Assembly (NCBI GenBank): GCA_964106915.2
Contig: OZ066919.1
Origin: Podarcis gaigeae
Lineage: Eukaryota
Direction: 5' to 3' (one strand)
DNA length: 64,000 nt
The notes beneath the pieces were generated by a model. It did not search any database. It worked only from the letters and a program-made list of their open reading frames with translations, and was not told the origin of the DNA. Below are positions 1 through 13,195 of this stretch, one piece after another (position 1 is the stretch's first letter; every line of letters starts with the position of its first letter). Made by a program: the position numbers and the translations under genes.

Positions 1-121
1 TTGGGAGGGAAAGCTCAACAACTTTTCTCCCCACAGCAAAAAAAGAGCTCAGCAACTTTGCCCAATAAAGCTCAACAACTTTTGTGTCTGGATTTTCACT
101 TTTTGAAAGTTGGCACCCCTA
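1..121. mobile_element. End of a DNA-transposon-like element with subterminal aagctcaacaacttt repeats
   Basis: Three (a/g)agctca(a/g)caacttt repeats ending in aagttggcaccccta, resembling a hAT-type terminus; truncated by the window edge. Confidence 0.35.
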
Positions 122-939
122 GGTTGGACCAATTGACCCATGATTCTATGATTCTATGATAGGGTGCCTGGATTCGAAGCCGGAGGATGCAGCTATCCCT
201 TTACATCTTTTGACACTTCTTTGCCTTTGGGGGCCAAAGGAGATAAAGCAGTTGCAGTATATCGGCCCTTCTCTCTCTCGGGCCCATTGCACAAGGGCTA
301 AACTCCAGGCATGTCACACAACAAGCGAGGGAGTTGGCAAGGACTGAGCAAGACAAGGTGTGGCTGCTTTATTTCCTCCCACTTCAGGAGATTCAGTTAC
401 TTAGGGACAGCTTTCAGACTATGCTGAAAGCAAAGGGGGAAATAAGCAGGATGTTAAGGAGTCAGGAAGTCAGGGCTTCGTGTTCTGCGTTTTGCTTAAC
501 ATCCCTCGCTATGATTAGCAGAAACACACACACACACACGGAAATATCCTTAGTTCACAAGGTCAATCTGTCTTGCCAAATTAGGGCTTCTTTGGCACAG
601 GGTTTTGTAAAGAGATTTAATTCTCTTTAAGCTCAGAGCATACATGGTTTGTGGCCATTTCCTGGAACCGTTAGCTTTCAATGAAGGCAGGGGTCTGCAA
701 CCTCTGTGGACCCAGGGAAATATTTATCGAGGGGGGGGGGGGACTAAGAAACTGTTGTGCGCACCACAAAATACCCATTTCACCAACAGGGAGAAAATGG
801 CAATGTTCAGAACGTTTTCCCCTCAACCCAAACCCAGGCAGAATGCTGATAAAAATAAGATACACAGGGTTGGTGGGTGGAATCAGACAACATCCTGCCA
901 AAACAAGCAACAAACAAGTCCACACCCAAAGCCATTAAA

Positions 940-1057
940 AAAAGGGGTGTGCAAGACAGAAGGATGGCCATCTGAGATGGATGCTTTGGCCTAGATTCCA
1001 GCATTGCAGGGGGCTGGACTAGATGATCCTTGGTACCCCTTCCAACTATGATTCTAT
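940..1057 (+). mobile_element. CR1 LINE 3' end fragment
   Basis: gcattgcagggggctggactagatgatcc...ccttccaactatgattctat, a typical CR1 3'UTR with ATTCTATG tail; a similar tail sits at 121-160. Confidence 0.7.
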
Positions 1058-3019
1058 AGGGCCTCAACAGATGCCATGGTCTGAGAGCGCCATGGTGCCC
1101 AGGGGCATATTTGGGACCCCAGATGTAGGAGTTGATGATCTCAGTTTGAAAAATCCCCCGCAGGATAACATTGCTGGCATTATTTACAATTTCTGGGACC
1201 ATGGGAGCTCATTAAACTTCAATCCCAGGGACCTGTAAACTAATCTCTCCCACTCTGAGTGGGAAAATCCCTACTGATTTCCATCTCTTCTACTTTAAGT
1301 CCCCTTCTTTTAAGTGCAGCCATTGTTCTGGTTACTTTAATCTTAGCAGGGATTTCCAGTGCAATGTTATATTACCAAATAAGGTTGGAATCTGCTTGTT
1401 TTGGCTACTCCAAACTACAGGAGATGTTGGAGATGACTGACTGAATCTCCAATCTAAATCTTTGTAAAGAGCAGGGGCAGGAGGACTGAAACAACAATGC
1501 TGGGAGAATTTTGTCGGGACCATTTTCCTGAAGAAAACCACCCCTCTGCAGCTGCTATTTGCCCTGTTAAGGGGCAGGTACAATACAAACATGAAAGTTT
1601 TCCTCCATTGCCATAGACGTGACCTAATCTTCCCATACATACTTTCCCCAGACTTTTAAAGGCAAAAGAGAAACACATCCATAGGGTTTCCTTTAGTTTG
1701 GCTCTCAGCTCAGCTCTCTGCCGGTTAATGAAGGTAAAGTCTGAGCTTAGATTTAGGGCATCACAGGTAGTATTTGCTAGCAATGGCTATGTCAAAAAAC
1801 TACAGAAGAAAATAATATAGATTGGCCTGCACAACTTGTGAGTCCACCAGCCCCAAGGCAGCCAACCATCCACATAACGTGGCCTTCTAGGTGCATGACA
1901 ACATCCCTTGTTTTTTGTTTGTTTGTTTTTCAATTCCCAACAGGCAGCAAAACAAGGTGGCTTCTAGATACCTTGGTGTGGGCCACCATCCATGGTTGGT
2001 CAGTTATACTTGGCTTGGTGAGGAGGAGCCATATAATTTGTGCAGACCTCTCAGAAGTCGTTGAAGAAAACTAGACGAATAGTCTCATATCCTGCAAGTG
2101 TCCCAGAAAAACTGGGACATCCCGTTTCCCACCCCCACGAGAGCATGGTGGCCATTTGGGGCACCATGATTTTGCCCCAAAACAGCTCTACTTTCAGGGC
2201 TGCAATCTCACTCCATGCCCCAAATGTGTGTTTTGGGGCATTGTGACAGCACACAGCACCCCCCAGAAAGCATGTTTTTTGGGCTCTGTGATCTTGTGTG
2301 GGTCACATGGGAGCACCAACGGGAAGACACGCAACCTGGTTTGGGGACTCAAAATGTTGGCGGGTATGCAGTCTGCCTGTCCTCTTCCTTGTCTCTCTTT
2401 CTTTGGCCAAAGTTGTTGAGCCAAAAAATCAACACTTTCAATATGGGCTGCCATAGGCCCAGATTTCCATGGACACTTTAGCCGCTATTTGATACTTTCA
2501 CACGGACGCCATTTCGACGGACGAATCCTGACTATGTATGGCAACTCTATCAGAATTATCAAAGCCAGAAAGATTATTGACCATGCCTTCTATTTCAGTT
2601 TGTATTTATTTTGCCCCACTGCTGGAGCAGCAGCCAATGTTTCATCCATAAGCACATGTCTGTTCAAAGTTCACAGAAGTTTCCTGTTCCCTCCTCTCCC
2701 CTGCAGCCAGCTCCTATCCTAAGGGTCAAGGGCCCCTCCTGGGCAATGTAGGGTGGGCTGCAAGAGGCTTCTGCAGGAGCAGAGAATCACCTAGTACTGG
2801 ATTGGGTGAAGACTGATTTGGGGGCAATTCCCTCTTTGCCCAGCAGCCCACTGCACCTTGTTTCACAGTATCCAGTAGACTACACTGAGAAGATTTCAAT
2901 GGGCTGCAAGAGGCAGGAGGGGAACAAAACGTTTCTTCCTTGAACTTCTTTAAATTAACTCATTTAAGGTTTCAAGCATGTGTCTCTTATAGCTCAAGCT
3001 CACTCATGCCTAGGCATAA

Positions 3020-3360
3020 AAGGTAAAGGGACTCCTGACCATTAGGTCCAGTCGTGGCCGACTCTGGGGTTGCGGCACTCTTCTCGCTTTATTGGCCGAG
3101 GGAGCCGGCGTACACACATTTCCAGCATGACTAAGCCGCTTCTGGCGAACCAGAGCAGCACACGGAAACGCCGTTTACCTTCCCGCCGGAACGGTACCTA
3201 TTTATCTACTTGCACTTTGACATGCTTTCGAACTGCTAGGTTGGCATAAGTAGGGACCGAGCAATGGGAGCTCAACCCATCATGGGGATTTGAACCACTG
3301 ACTTTCTGATCGGCAAGTCCTAGGCTCTGTGGTTTAACCCACAGCGCCACCCGCGTCCCT
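3020..3360 (-). mobile_element. Sauria SINE (Squam1)
   Basis: Reverse complement starts GGGACGCGGGTGGCGCTGTGGGTTAAACC and ends in an ACCTTT tail; TSD atgccta(g/a)gcata. Confidence 0.9.
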
Positions 3361-5939
3361 ATGCCTAAGCATAATACATAGTAAATAAGATATCGTGTTA
3401 CTTTAAAGACTAATGGCTGAATTAAGACCAAGTTAACTGAATCCATAGTGCAAATATCAATAGGTCATGTTAGTCGTGGCTTAATTTAAATCCCACTGAT
3501 TTAAATTAACTCAGTTTCAAAAATTTACTGTGGCCTAAACTTTCAAAGAGCAAAGCCGGTGCAGCAAATCTGTGGTCTTCCACCAGCAGCCATTGGTCCC
3601 AGCCAGCATGGCCAATGGTCATGGATGTATTGTGTGTGTGGCTTTGTGCGTTAAGATGTGCCTGTTGGTTTGTCTATTCTAAAAAAAGAACAGAGAAAGC
3701 AACCTCCAGAAAAATGCCAGAGAATAATGACTTCTCAATTTCAACGTAGCCAACCTGCTAGGCGGAATCTGCCTGAGGAACAGCACCATCTAGCTTCACT
3801 CCTTATAGATGTCAAGAAAAAGCCTCCATGGCTCAAAGATATTCCGATCACTTAGAACCGGTTCCTATGTAAAGGGAAGGGGTTATTTACTTTTTCCACG
3901 ACCCAAGATCGTCTAGAGAGCCCAAGGAGCTGACGGAAGGAACAAGGGCACAATCACGAGAGAACTCAGAAAAACGGGCAGGGAGCGGCAAAATGTGTTT
4001 ACCGCATTTTGAAGGAAGCAAATAATACAAACATTAGCGTAACTGGATTTTTAACAGAGGAGTGTTCAGGCAAAGGTGGGAATTCACTGCCTTTCTATGT
4101 CACGCCTTGTTTCGTGTGAAAACTAAAAATCAATTTGCAGATTATTTTTGCTTTCAGGCAGGGGTAAAATGAAAAATTCCACTTTGGGTGAAAGCCAAGC
4201 AGCTTGTGTCTCTCTAGCCCAACTCTATGGTGTAGAGCAGACACTCTGGCCTTATCGCATTGCCCCATAATGGGAAGGATTGGATTCTGCGATCCATTGC
4301 TGCCACTACGTGAATGCAATTCATTTCTCTCTAGGCCTGTCAATAAATGGCAGGAGTATCGGCCAGAAGCCGGGTTTAGGCAGCCTAGAATCGTAGGTTA
4401 TATATTAATGCATTATCTTCCATAAAATGAAGTATAAGCCTTCTGTGTATTAACAAAAGCATCTATGATTCACATGCTACCTGAGGTCTCTCCTGTACAA
4501 TGAATGTGTCACCAAAGGTTCCTTCTTTGCCTTTGCTCCATCTGCTTAACCTTACTTTTCTTTCTCATCATGTTCCTGTTGGTACTAAGTGAGCCCCAAA
4601 ACCTAGTAAACTCTTATTTCTGTTCACCGTCAGCCTTCTGATGTCACGGCGGGTCTTTGTTACCCTTTTGAATGAGTCAGAAGCCCACACACCAGGCTTC
4701 CTTCCTTTCATGTCATAAAAGTTCCTAGCAAGCCTCAGGCTACAGAACTTAGCTACGTGGAGAAAATGGGAAAACCAGATTCTATGCTGCATTTCTGAGG
4801 TCAATGGGCAACTTTGGGCAAGAGGACTGTAACGATTTTTGACATACACACTTTTGATCGTGCAGGATGCTTGAACAGTTCGCTGTACTGTTCAAATGAG
4901 GGGAGGAGGAAATAAACGACCCCGTACTTAATCTGCCACCTCAGAAATGATGTTGTGCTGCAGAAATGGTGCCTATTCTAAGACTGGGTGAATCTGTTCA
5001 TTTCAGTTTCTCCCCGTTTCTAATTTTTCTAGCCTGAAATTCAGTTCACCACATTTTCACACCAGTCTGATTTTTAAAAATGCAATTTAACAGCATTTGA
5101 GTTCAAAAAATTGCAAAGCAATTTCCCCCAATATAATGCATGTGATGGTACACGTTACCCAGTATATGCATTTTTGTAAATGGCTGGCGGGTGGACCTGA
5201 GTGAAGCCTGCTTCCCTCAGGTCCACTCCCCAAAACCATGTCCGCCATGGATTGGCTAGTTTGAATATCAGGTTTGGCAAAGGGCGTTAAGCGGCCATTT
5301 TGTACACATTACTTGTTTGGAGAACTGCAAAATCTGGAGAAGTGCAAATTTCAAAGAATGGCTGTGTCAGTTCACATATTCTGTGAGCCGCCCTGAGATC
5401 TTATGATGAAGGGCAGTATATAAATCTGATAAAATAGATTAATAAATAATTGTTCTGAAAGTGCAAATTAAGTAGATCTTCAAAGGCAAACTGAATAGAA
5501 TTCCTCCCCATCTGTCATGTGTTCATATCACCATATACATCATGTGACATATCAACACTACATAACTGGGTAAATGGAAAAGCATTGCAGTTGAGTGGAC
5601 ATTATGGTATTGGTTGCATATCATGATAAGCAGCAAATTGTGTTGAACCATGGTTATGAATGTGCCTCTCCCTGCTATGTGGGTCCCTGCGCAATTCAGA
5701 CAAGCTATACCATGGCTCGCCATGTCATCTGAACCCAAACCATAGTTCGTTTGTTTCAAACAAGTGATTGCCCATGAGCCATAATACAGAAATAAACCTT
5801 TCTGGCTTGCCACTTGTGGCTTGTTCGAAACAAACAAACATGTCTCCGTCTAGGTTCAGATGAGCTGAGAAGTCACAATTTGGCTTATCTGAGTCATATG
5901 CACACCACACATCTGAGACAGGGAGAAAAGCTGTTCAGC

Positions 5940-6246
5940 ACTCATCTTGCTTTCAGGCCGAAGGAGCTGGTGTTTATCCGCAGACAGCTTTCCGGATCAT
6001 GTGGCCAACATGACTAAACCACTTCTGGAACAACGAAACACCGTGACAGAAACCAGAGTGCACGGAAACACCTTTCCGTCGCAGCAGTACCTATTTATCT
6101 ACTTGCACTTTGACGTGCTTTCGAACTGCTAGGCTGGCAGGAGCTGGGACAGCAATGGGAGCTCACCCCATCACAGGGATTCAAACCGCTGACCATCTGA
6201 TTGGCAAGTCCAAGAAGCTCGTGGTTTAGACCACAGCACCACCTGT
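5940..6246 (-). mobile_element. Sauria SINE, partial
   Basis: cctatttatctacttgcactttgacgtgctttcgaactgctagg core. Confidence 0.85.
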
Positions 6247-7075
6247 GTTGGCAGGGGAGCAGTATGTTCACAATTAAACCATGGTTTAAGATAAACTGGA
6301 GTTTATAGTGACCTGGGAACCAAGCCATTGGATTCATGCAGACAAGTTATCACATAATGTTACCATCAACATGGGACAATGGAGCCGCAGTATCAGAAAA
6401 AATGGCTTCCCACTCTGGTTCCCATCACGGCTAGGGCCACCCCAAAATTCAACACACATCAGTTTCAATAGTTCCTGGAATGCCTGTGGATATTAGATAA
6501 AACTGGAAATGCATGATGTATAACTAGTTAACAGAGGATGAGAGCTGTCACGACTCTACTAAATATCGAGTTCTGAGCAGATGCTTGGTTGTTTACTGCC
6601 AACTTTGAAGTACGGTTACAGCTTGGCATTGAAAACGGGTGAAATTTTGCTTAGGTTTCCACTTGTTTGTTTCTTTTAAAGTGCACATTCTTTAAAAGCA
6701 GCCTCCAAGAAAAAGGATGGCATTTTATAGAATTATTTTTTTTAAGGCTCTCTATCTCTATTTACTTTGATTCCCAAATCCTTTTAGATGCTGCGCTGTG
6801 AAGAACAGGGACAGGAAAGGAAAACCTTTAGACGTACTGTACATTTCCCAAGGCAAGGCGAAGGATGCAGTGTTCCCCACTATTTCTGCATTTGGAGTTG
6901 CCTTCAGACAGTCAATGTTTTGCAGAAGGGATTCAGTTGCATACTGGAAATTTAGGTTTGCACAGTTGAAATGCTCTGGTGCAACAAATCAACTTCAGAA
7001 GAAGCAACACATTTCTTTTGCAGTTAGGAAAGTGACAGGGAAATATAGAATAAAAAATTATGGGCTAACCAATTA

Positions 7076-7294
7076 CAGTCATACCTTGGAAGTCAAACGG
7101 AATACGTTCTGGAAGTCCGTTTGACTTCCAAAACCAAGGCGCGGCTTCCTGCAGCCAATCGGAAGCCGTGGAACCCACATGGACGTTTGTGTTCCAAAGA
7201 ACGTTCACAAACTGGAACACTCACTTCCAGGTTTGCGGCATTCAGGAGCCAAAACGTTCAACTTCCAAGGCGTTCGGGATCCAAGGTATGACTG
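7076..7294. mobile_element. Tc1/mariner (Tigger-like) MITE
   Basis: TIR CAGTCATACCTTGG / CCAAGGTATGACTG with TA target duplication. Confidence 0.85.
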
Positions 7295-8472
7295 TAATGG
7301 GAAAGTGCAAAACTATCATACAAGCAAATCAAGATGCATAGCCATGGTCATGTAAATACCAACCCGAAACAAATCAGAATGATTGCTCTATATAGACTGC
7401 ACACTATCTAACCTCTGTGCAAGCTTTATGCAAGGAAATCTGGATGGATGCTCAAGAAAGTCACCTGGAGAAGCTTGGAAGCACCTCTTTCTGGTTTATG
7501 TCAAAGTAACAGGCTATTAAAAGGCAGCTAATCATGGATATAAACACCTTTAAATATAGGTGTTGCCTCACTTACATGGGGGTTACTTTGACCCCCATAA
7601 ATGAAATCGCGTAAAGTGGGGGGCACCCTCTGAAAAGCCTCTGAACGCCCATTTTCCCTTGCTCACGCTTTGTGCCTATCTACAGTTCCTCTTGTGCCGC
7701 TGCTTACTTCAGGGGAAAACTGCTCTTTAGTGCTCAATCAGCACAAACAGCAATTTGGGTTTCCTATGGATTGCCGTTTGTTCCAATTTATCACTAAAGA
7801 GTGGGTTTTCCCTGGGAAAGGAGCAGGACAATGGGAGAACTACTCACCCCCGTGCCTTGAAAGTGTGGATCAAGCAGAATATTTCTGAATATTTGTCTGT
7901 CCTACGCTCCACGCACCCTTAAAAAGCACCCAGAGATCCCAAGTCTCCAAATACTTTATTTGAGTGTCATGGTTTTCGAAATTGCTCTGAGATTAAGTTG
8001 GCAATTAGGTTGGAACGGCAATGCAGTAGAATGAAATGTATAAATTGCAAAATTAAGTGTTATCACTGCAATATTGCAACACAATACAAGACAGGGTTCT
8101 CCCAAGCCTTGAAGAATCTCTGCTTCTGGGCGAAAAAAAGGCAAACATTTTCAAAGGATAATATTCTTTTGAGCTATAGGGAATCTGACAACGGGGCAAC
8201 ATATCTCTGTGCCCTCAGTATGGCCAAATGACTGATACTGCTGTGTTGGGACAATAAATGTACAGCTCCATTTATTCAATGGACTCAAGGCCTGACTGCA
8301 GTTTCCACATAGAAGCGGATTGCTTATAGATGGAGACTTTTCATGACCAAGTATAATGAAATTTGGAACTCATTTATATAAAATAAAGTTGGTTGAGGGG
8401 GGAGGGGGAAAATGAGAGTTATATAAGTGCATTAGAAATAATAATACATCTATTTGGATAATATCAATATTA

Positions 8473-8822
8473 AAGGTAATGGTAAAGGGACCCCTAACAA
8501 TTAGTCGTGACCGACTCTGGGGTTGCAGCGCTCATCTCGCTTTATTGGCCAAGGAAGCCGGTGTACAGCTTCTGGGTCATGTGGCCAGCATGACTAAGCC
8601 GCTTCTGGTGAACCAGAGCAGCGCATGGAAACGCTGTTTACCTCCCTGCCAGAGCGTTACCTATTTATCTACTTGCACTTTGACGTGCTTTCGAACTGCT
8701 AGGTTGGCAGGAGCAGGGACCGAGCAACGGGAGCTCACCCCGTTGCGGGGATTCGAACCACTGACCTTCTGATCGGCAAGTCCTAGGCTCTGTGGTTTAA
8801 CCCACAGCGCCACCCGCTTCCC
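8473..8822 (-). mobile_element. Sauria SINE, full length
   Basis: Consensus match; perfect 14-bp TSD taatatcaatatta (8459-8472 / 8823-8836). Confidence 0.92.
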
Positions 8823-9416
8823 TAATATCAATATTAGGTAAGTATATATGGAATTCTAACTGTTATGGTGATATATTGTGCCCTAAAAACAAATAAAAAA
8901 TAATTACAAAAACAATATATTAAAAAGCATTTCGACCACTGCAGTATATCCTATAAGGGCTTTGCCTAATCGCAAAGTTGGACCCTCCTAAATCCTGCCC
9001 ACGGAAAGCACGGGAGCACAGCCTTGTACCCAGCGCATTAATTCTACCTTTTAGATCTGCTGCTGCAGCACAAGCCATGACACGTGTTCAGTACTAGCTC
9101 ACATTGTGCCCCCTTCGAGGCTTAACTTAGCAGCCTACCCACTGTCAGCTGTCATCAGCCTCTGCATTCTGGGGAGAGAGAGAGCAACATTCAAGCGGGC
9201 TGGAAAATTCCATATTAGGAAAGATGAAAGCTGCTTTTGTTCATAGGTAGAGCTGGTAAATCTGTACCTGTATAAATAGTTCTCCCTCGTTATTCAAGGA
9301 GATTGTTCACTGAGTCATAGGATGGGAGGGGCCAGATGGCCATCCCATCTTGGCTCAGTGCCGGGGAAAATGTTCTGTAGAAACCTGCATCAACGTATTC
9401 TATTAGGAGTAGGTAA

Positions 9417-10024
9417 GGGGATGCGGGTGGCACTGTGGTCTAAACCACTGAGCCTCTTGGGCTTGCCAATCAGAAGGTCGGTGGTTTGAATCCCTGTGAC
9501 AGGGTGAGCTCTCGCTGCTCTGTCCCTGCTCCTGCCAACCTAGCAGTTCGAAAGCACGTCAAAGTGCAAGTAGATAAATAGGTACCGCTGTGGCGGGAAG
9601 GTAAATGGTGTTTCCGTGCACTCTGGTTTCTGTCACGGTGTTCCGTTGCGCCAGAAGAGCCAGTGTGGTGTAGTGGTTAAGAGCAGTGGAGTCGTAATCT
9701 GGTGAACTGGGTTTGATTCCCCACTCCTCCACATGCAGCTGCGGGGTGACCTTGGGCCAGTCACACTTCTTTGAAGTCTCTCAGCCCCACTCACCTCACA
9801 GAGTGTTTGTTGTGGGGGACAAAGGGAAAGGAGAATGTTAGCAGCTTTGAGACTCCTTCGGGTAGTGATAAAGCGGGGTATCAAATCCAAACTCTTCTTC
9901 AGTCATGCTGGCCACATGACCCGGAAAGCTGTCTGTGGACAAACACTGGCTCCCTGAAAGGGAGATGAGCACCGCAACCCCATAGTCGCCTTTGACTGGA
10001 CTTAACCCTTTACATTTTTACCTT
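9417..10024 (+). mobile_element. Sauria SINE interrupted by a nested SINE
   Basis: 5' half 9417-9655, 3' half 9901-10024; TSD tatta(g/a)gagtagg(t/c)aa (9401-9416 / 10025-10040). Confidence 0.88.
9656..9900 (+). mobile_element. tRNA-derived SINE (Squam3-type) nested in a Sauria SINE
   Basis: agagccagtgtggtgtagtggttaagagc (A box) ... gggtttgattcccc (B box) ... gtgaccttgggccagtcac core ... (ttc)n tail. Confidence 0.8.
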
Positions 10025-10049
10025 TATTAAGAGTAGGCAATGCTGTGCT

Positions 10050-10145
10050 CTCCAGATGTTGTTGGACTACAACTCTCATTATCTTTGGCCTTTGGCCATG
10101 CTGGCTTGGGGCTGGTGGGAGCTGGAGTCCTGGAACATCTGGAGA
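10050..10145. mobile_element. URR1-like hAT MITE remnant (hairpin core ACTACAACTC...GGGAGCTGGAGT)
   Basis: ctccagatgtt...aacatctggag inverted repeat; related copies near 11710, 18790, 19470 and 34330. Confidence 0.6.
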
Positions 10146-11245
10146 ACATCATGTTAGCTACCACAACCAATGTAGACCAAGTTTGGTCAACGTTCATAGA
10201 CTCAGTCAGAAGCCACTCTGTTCTCTCTCTCCTGTGATCCAGGGACCAAGAGTGTATTGGCCACACAGCTCCATTCCTTCCAAGATCTCCACAAGAAAGC
10301 CAGCTAGCAGTAGGGGTTTCATCATTACTACAGCATAGACATATTTGTGCAAGCCTGGGACAGTGCATGCAAACATTACTGTTAACATTACAGCGGCCAT
10401 CCCCAACATGGTGGTTTCTCAATGGTTCGGACGCCCAACTCCCATCAGCCTTCACCAGCATGGTCAGGAATAGTGAGTACTGAAGTTTGGCAATGTTTTG
10501 GATCAACAGCTTCAGGATATGGCAGTGCTTTACTTTTCCTGCCCATTAAAAAATGGCTGCCGTTCCATAAAATTACTGAATTCAGGGACATCAGGGATGA
10601 GAAAAGAGTCCATTTTGATTTTTCTGTTTCTCATTTTTTCAATCTTGAGCTCAGTTCTCCACATTTCTTTTTAGTCTTTTACTGGGAAGTGTGAACGAGG
10701 GAAGCTTCACCTTTAAATGCAAATTAGACTGAACCCCCCACCCACCCAACTCCTAGGGTTGAGCCACCGCTCATGAGATTGGGAACCTTTACTTCCACTG
10801 ATGGGATCCTAGGAGAGGCCCTCCTCTTCTATGAACAGAACCTCTCTGTTCACTGTTGCCATTTCCTCACGCCCTAAGGGCACCTGTCACACATACACAA
10901 CCCCTTTCATGAGGTAGGTTAAGCTTGTAGGGGTGCGTTCAATGCTAGCCATCCACAGTCCACCCATTGAAGTTAATGGGCATGACTCACTTCAGTTCAT
11001 TCATTCCAGTTGGGTCTATCCTAAGTCGGATACAACCCATAACAGCTACTTGCCCACAGGTTGCCCAGTGAGCTGTTTGGTTGGAGAATTTAGGCCCTCA
11101 CAGCAGCTGCCTTAACTCCCCCCCTCTGTGCTCTCTGCCGTCGTTTCTCATCATGGGGAGTTCTCAACCCTAAAAAGGGGAGATATTTGCCCTAGCTCAC
11201 TTGCTTTGGTTAATTATGAACTTAGGGGCAGATTACTTCTGCCTT

Positions 11246-11606
11246 AGGGACGCAGGTGGCGCTGTGGGTTAAAGCCTCAGCGCCTAGGACTTGCCGATCG
11301 AAAGGTTGGCGGTTCGAATCCCTGCGGTGGGGTGCGCTCCCGCTGCTCGGTCCCAGCGCCTGCCAACCTAGCAGTTCGAAAGCACCTCCGGGTGCAAGTA
11401 GATAAATAGGGACCGCTTGCCAGCGGGAAGGTAAACGGCGTTTCCGTGTGCGGCTCTGGCTCGCCAGAGCAGCGATGTCACGCTGGCCACGTGACCCGGA
11501 AGTGTCTCCGGACAGCGCTGGCCCCTGGCCTCTTGAGTGAGATGGGCGCACAACCCCAGAGTCTGGCAAGACTGGCCCGTACGGGCAGGGGTACCTTTAC
11601 CTTTAC
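11246..11606 (+). mobile_element. Sauria SINE (young subfamily)
   Basis: gggacgcaggtggcgctgtgggttaaagcc ... ggggtacctttacctttac; perfect TSD ttacttctgcctt (11233-11245 / 11607-11619). Confidence 0.93.
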
Positions 11607-12203
11607 TTACTTCTGCCTTGGGTGTGCCCCCCAAAAAAGTCTACCGTTCGTAAACCAAGCAGAAAGACAGCACCAGCGTACTTGTAAAAAACATCCCCAA
11701 ATAATCATGGGAACTGTAGTTTGCCTCTCACAGAACTACATAGCCCAGCATCCTTAAGAAACCACAGTTCCCAGAAGTCTTTGGGGTGGGGGGTGTATCT
11801 GCTGCATTAATGCCCAAGATTCTCTAAGGAGTGGAGTCTTGTCTGCCTCTGGTGATAGGTTTTCAATGGCTCAAACGGAGAGTCTTTCCCTCTGTTTTCC
11901 GAAATCTTTCAGATAGATCCTTTGCACCTTATCTGTGGCCACCGTGCGCTCTTTATCCATCGGCTAAGGCAATCTCTCATTTACAAGCCAGTCTCCTCCT
12001 TTGGTAGTTTGTAAAAGCCAATAAGGAATACAAAACATTCAGGCGAAACAGTGAAGACATGGGGAGGCCAAAAATAGAGGTATATAATCAGATCTTTTCA
12101 TCCGCTTGACTGCACTGAGTTTTTTCTGAAAAGCTCTACAAAGTGTAAAAGAGATTTGATACAAATATATACATTTTAAAGCTTACAAGTGTCTGTGCAT
12201 TAT

Positions 12204-12209
12204 TTTATT
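12204..12209 (-). terminator. Candidate GPR88 polyadenylation signal AATAAA
   Basis: tttatt on plus about 1 kb past the GPR88 stop codon; use is unverified. Confidence 0.35.
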
Positions 12210-12769
12210 TTTTAAAAGCCTCTCCGTAGGGAGTGGAGTACCGTGCAGTTCAGTGAGTCATTTGGTGGGTGCTTCCGATGGCTGCTTATAATGGGATTGC
12301 CGCTCTTTGTGCATGCAGCCTCAGTTGTATCCTCCTCCCCGCCCCCGGCCATGCCCTGTTTAATCCAGACTTCCCATTTCGGGGGGGGGGGGGGAATCTA
12401 ATAAGGGAGTTCCAGACTGTTGCTATTTTCAGATGGGATTTCGTCCCGTCCAGGCAAATTCAGGTTGTACCATTAAAAATGGATATTGAGCAACTAAATC
12501 ACTTGCTCTCCCAAAGGGAACTTTTTTTGCCATGAGGAAAGTGGCACCAGAATGTTTGGCGTGACACTTGCCCAGCATGAGGTCACCTGACCTCACTGCA
12601 AACCAATCAGAATGGACGCTCAATAAATAGCTAGCATCATCTAACCTCCCTGTGGACTTTGTGCAAACGAATCAACGTAAATGATGGCTAAGCAGGTTAT
12701 CTGGAAGCAACCTCTGTAAAGGACAACATCCCCACCTGCTGACAACAGCCCACATGCGATACCTGAGTC

Positions 12770-13130
12770 CAGGGGTCGGCAACCTAAGTCCCATGGGTCA
12801 CAAGCGGCCCATGGGGGTCGTTTAATTGGCCCATGGACCCCCACCGCCCACTTGGGAACCCCTGCCACCTGCTTGGTCAGCTCCCGTGCGCCACGCTAAA
12901 CCGGCGCAGAGAAGAGCGGGGACTGCCTTCCACGACACCGGCCAGCTTCCCATTGGCTGCTGGAAGCTCCTGCAGCCAATGGGAAGCTGTGCACCCTTCC
13001 TCCGCACAGGAAGGAGTGCCGGAAATAGCATTTGAGGGTGCATGCACGCACGTGCACACACACTCCAGCCCACTGCGGCGTCTGTGGGACCGTGAAGCAG
13101 CCCAAGCCACAAAAACGTTGCTGACCACTG
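12770..13130. mobile_element. hAT (Charlie-type) MITE in the GPR88 3'UTR
   Basis: TIR CAGGGGTCGGCAAC / GTTGCTGACCACTG; perfect 8-bp TSD cctgagtc (12762-12769 / 13131-13138). Confidence 0.9.
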
Positions 13131-13195
13131 CCTGAGTCCAAGGCTAATGTCTCCCAACAACTTTTCACCTAAGAGCGTGCGAATTTTGGGGGGTG

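Noticed and set aside
1-12200. VCAM1 or other coding exons downstream of GPR88
   Set aside because: No Ig-domain-like or otherwise recognisable peptide; the ORFs here are short and largely SINE- or MITE-derived
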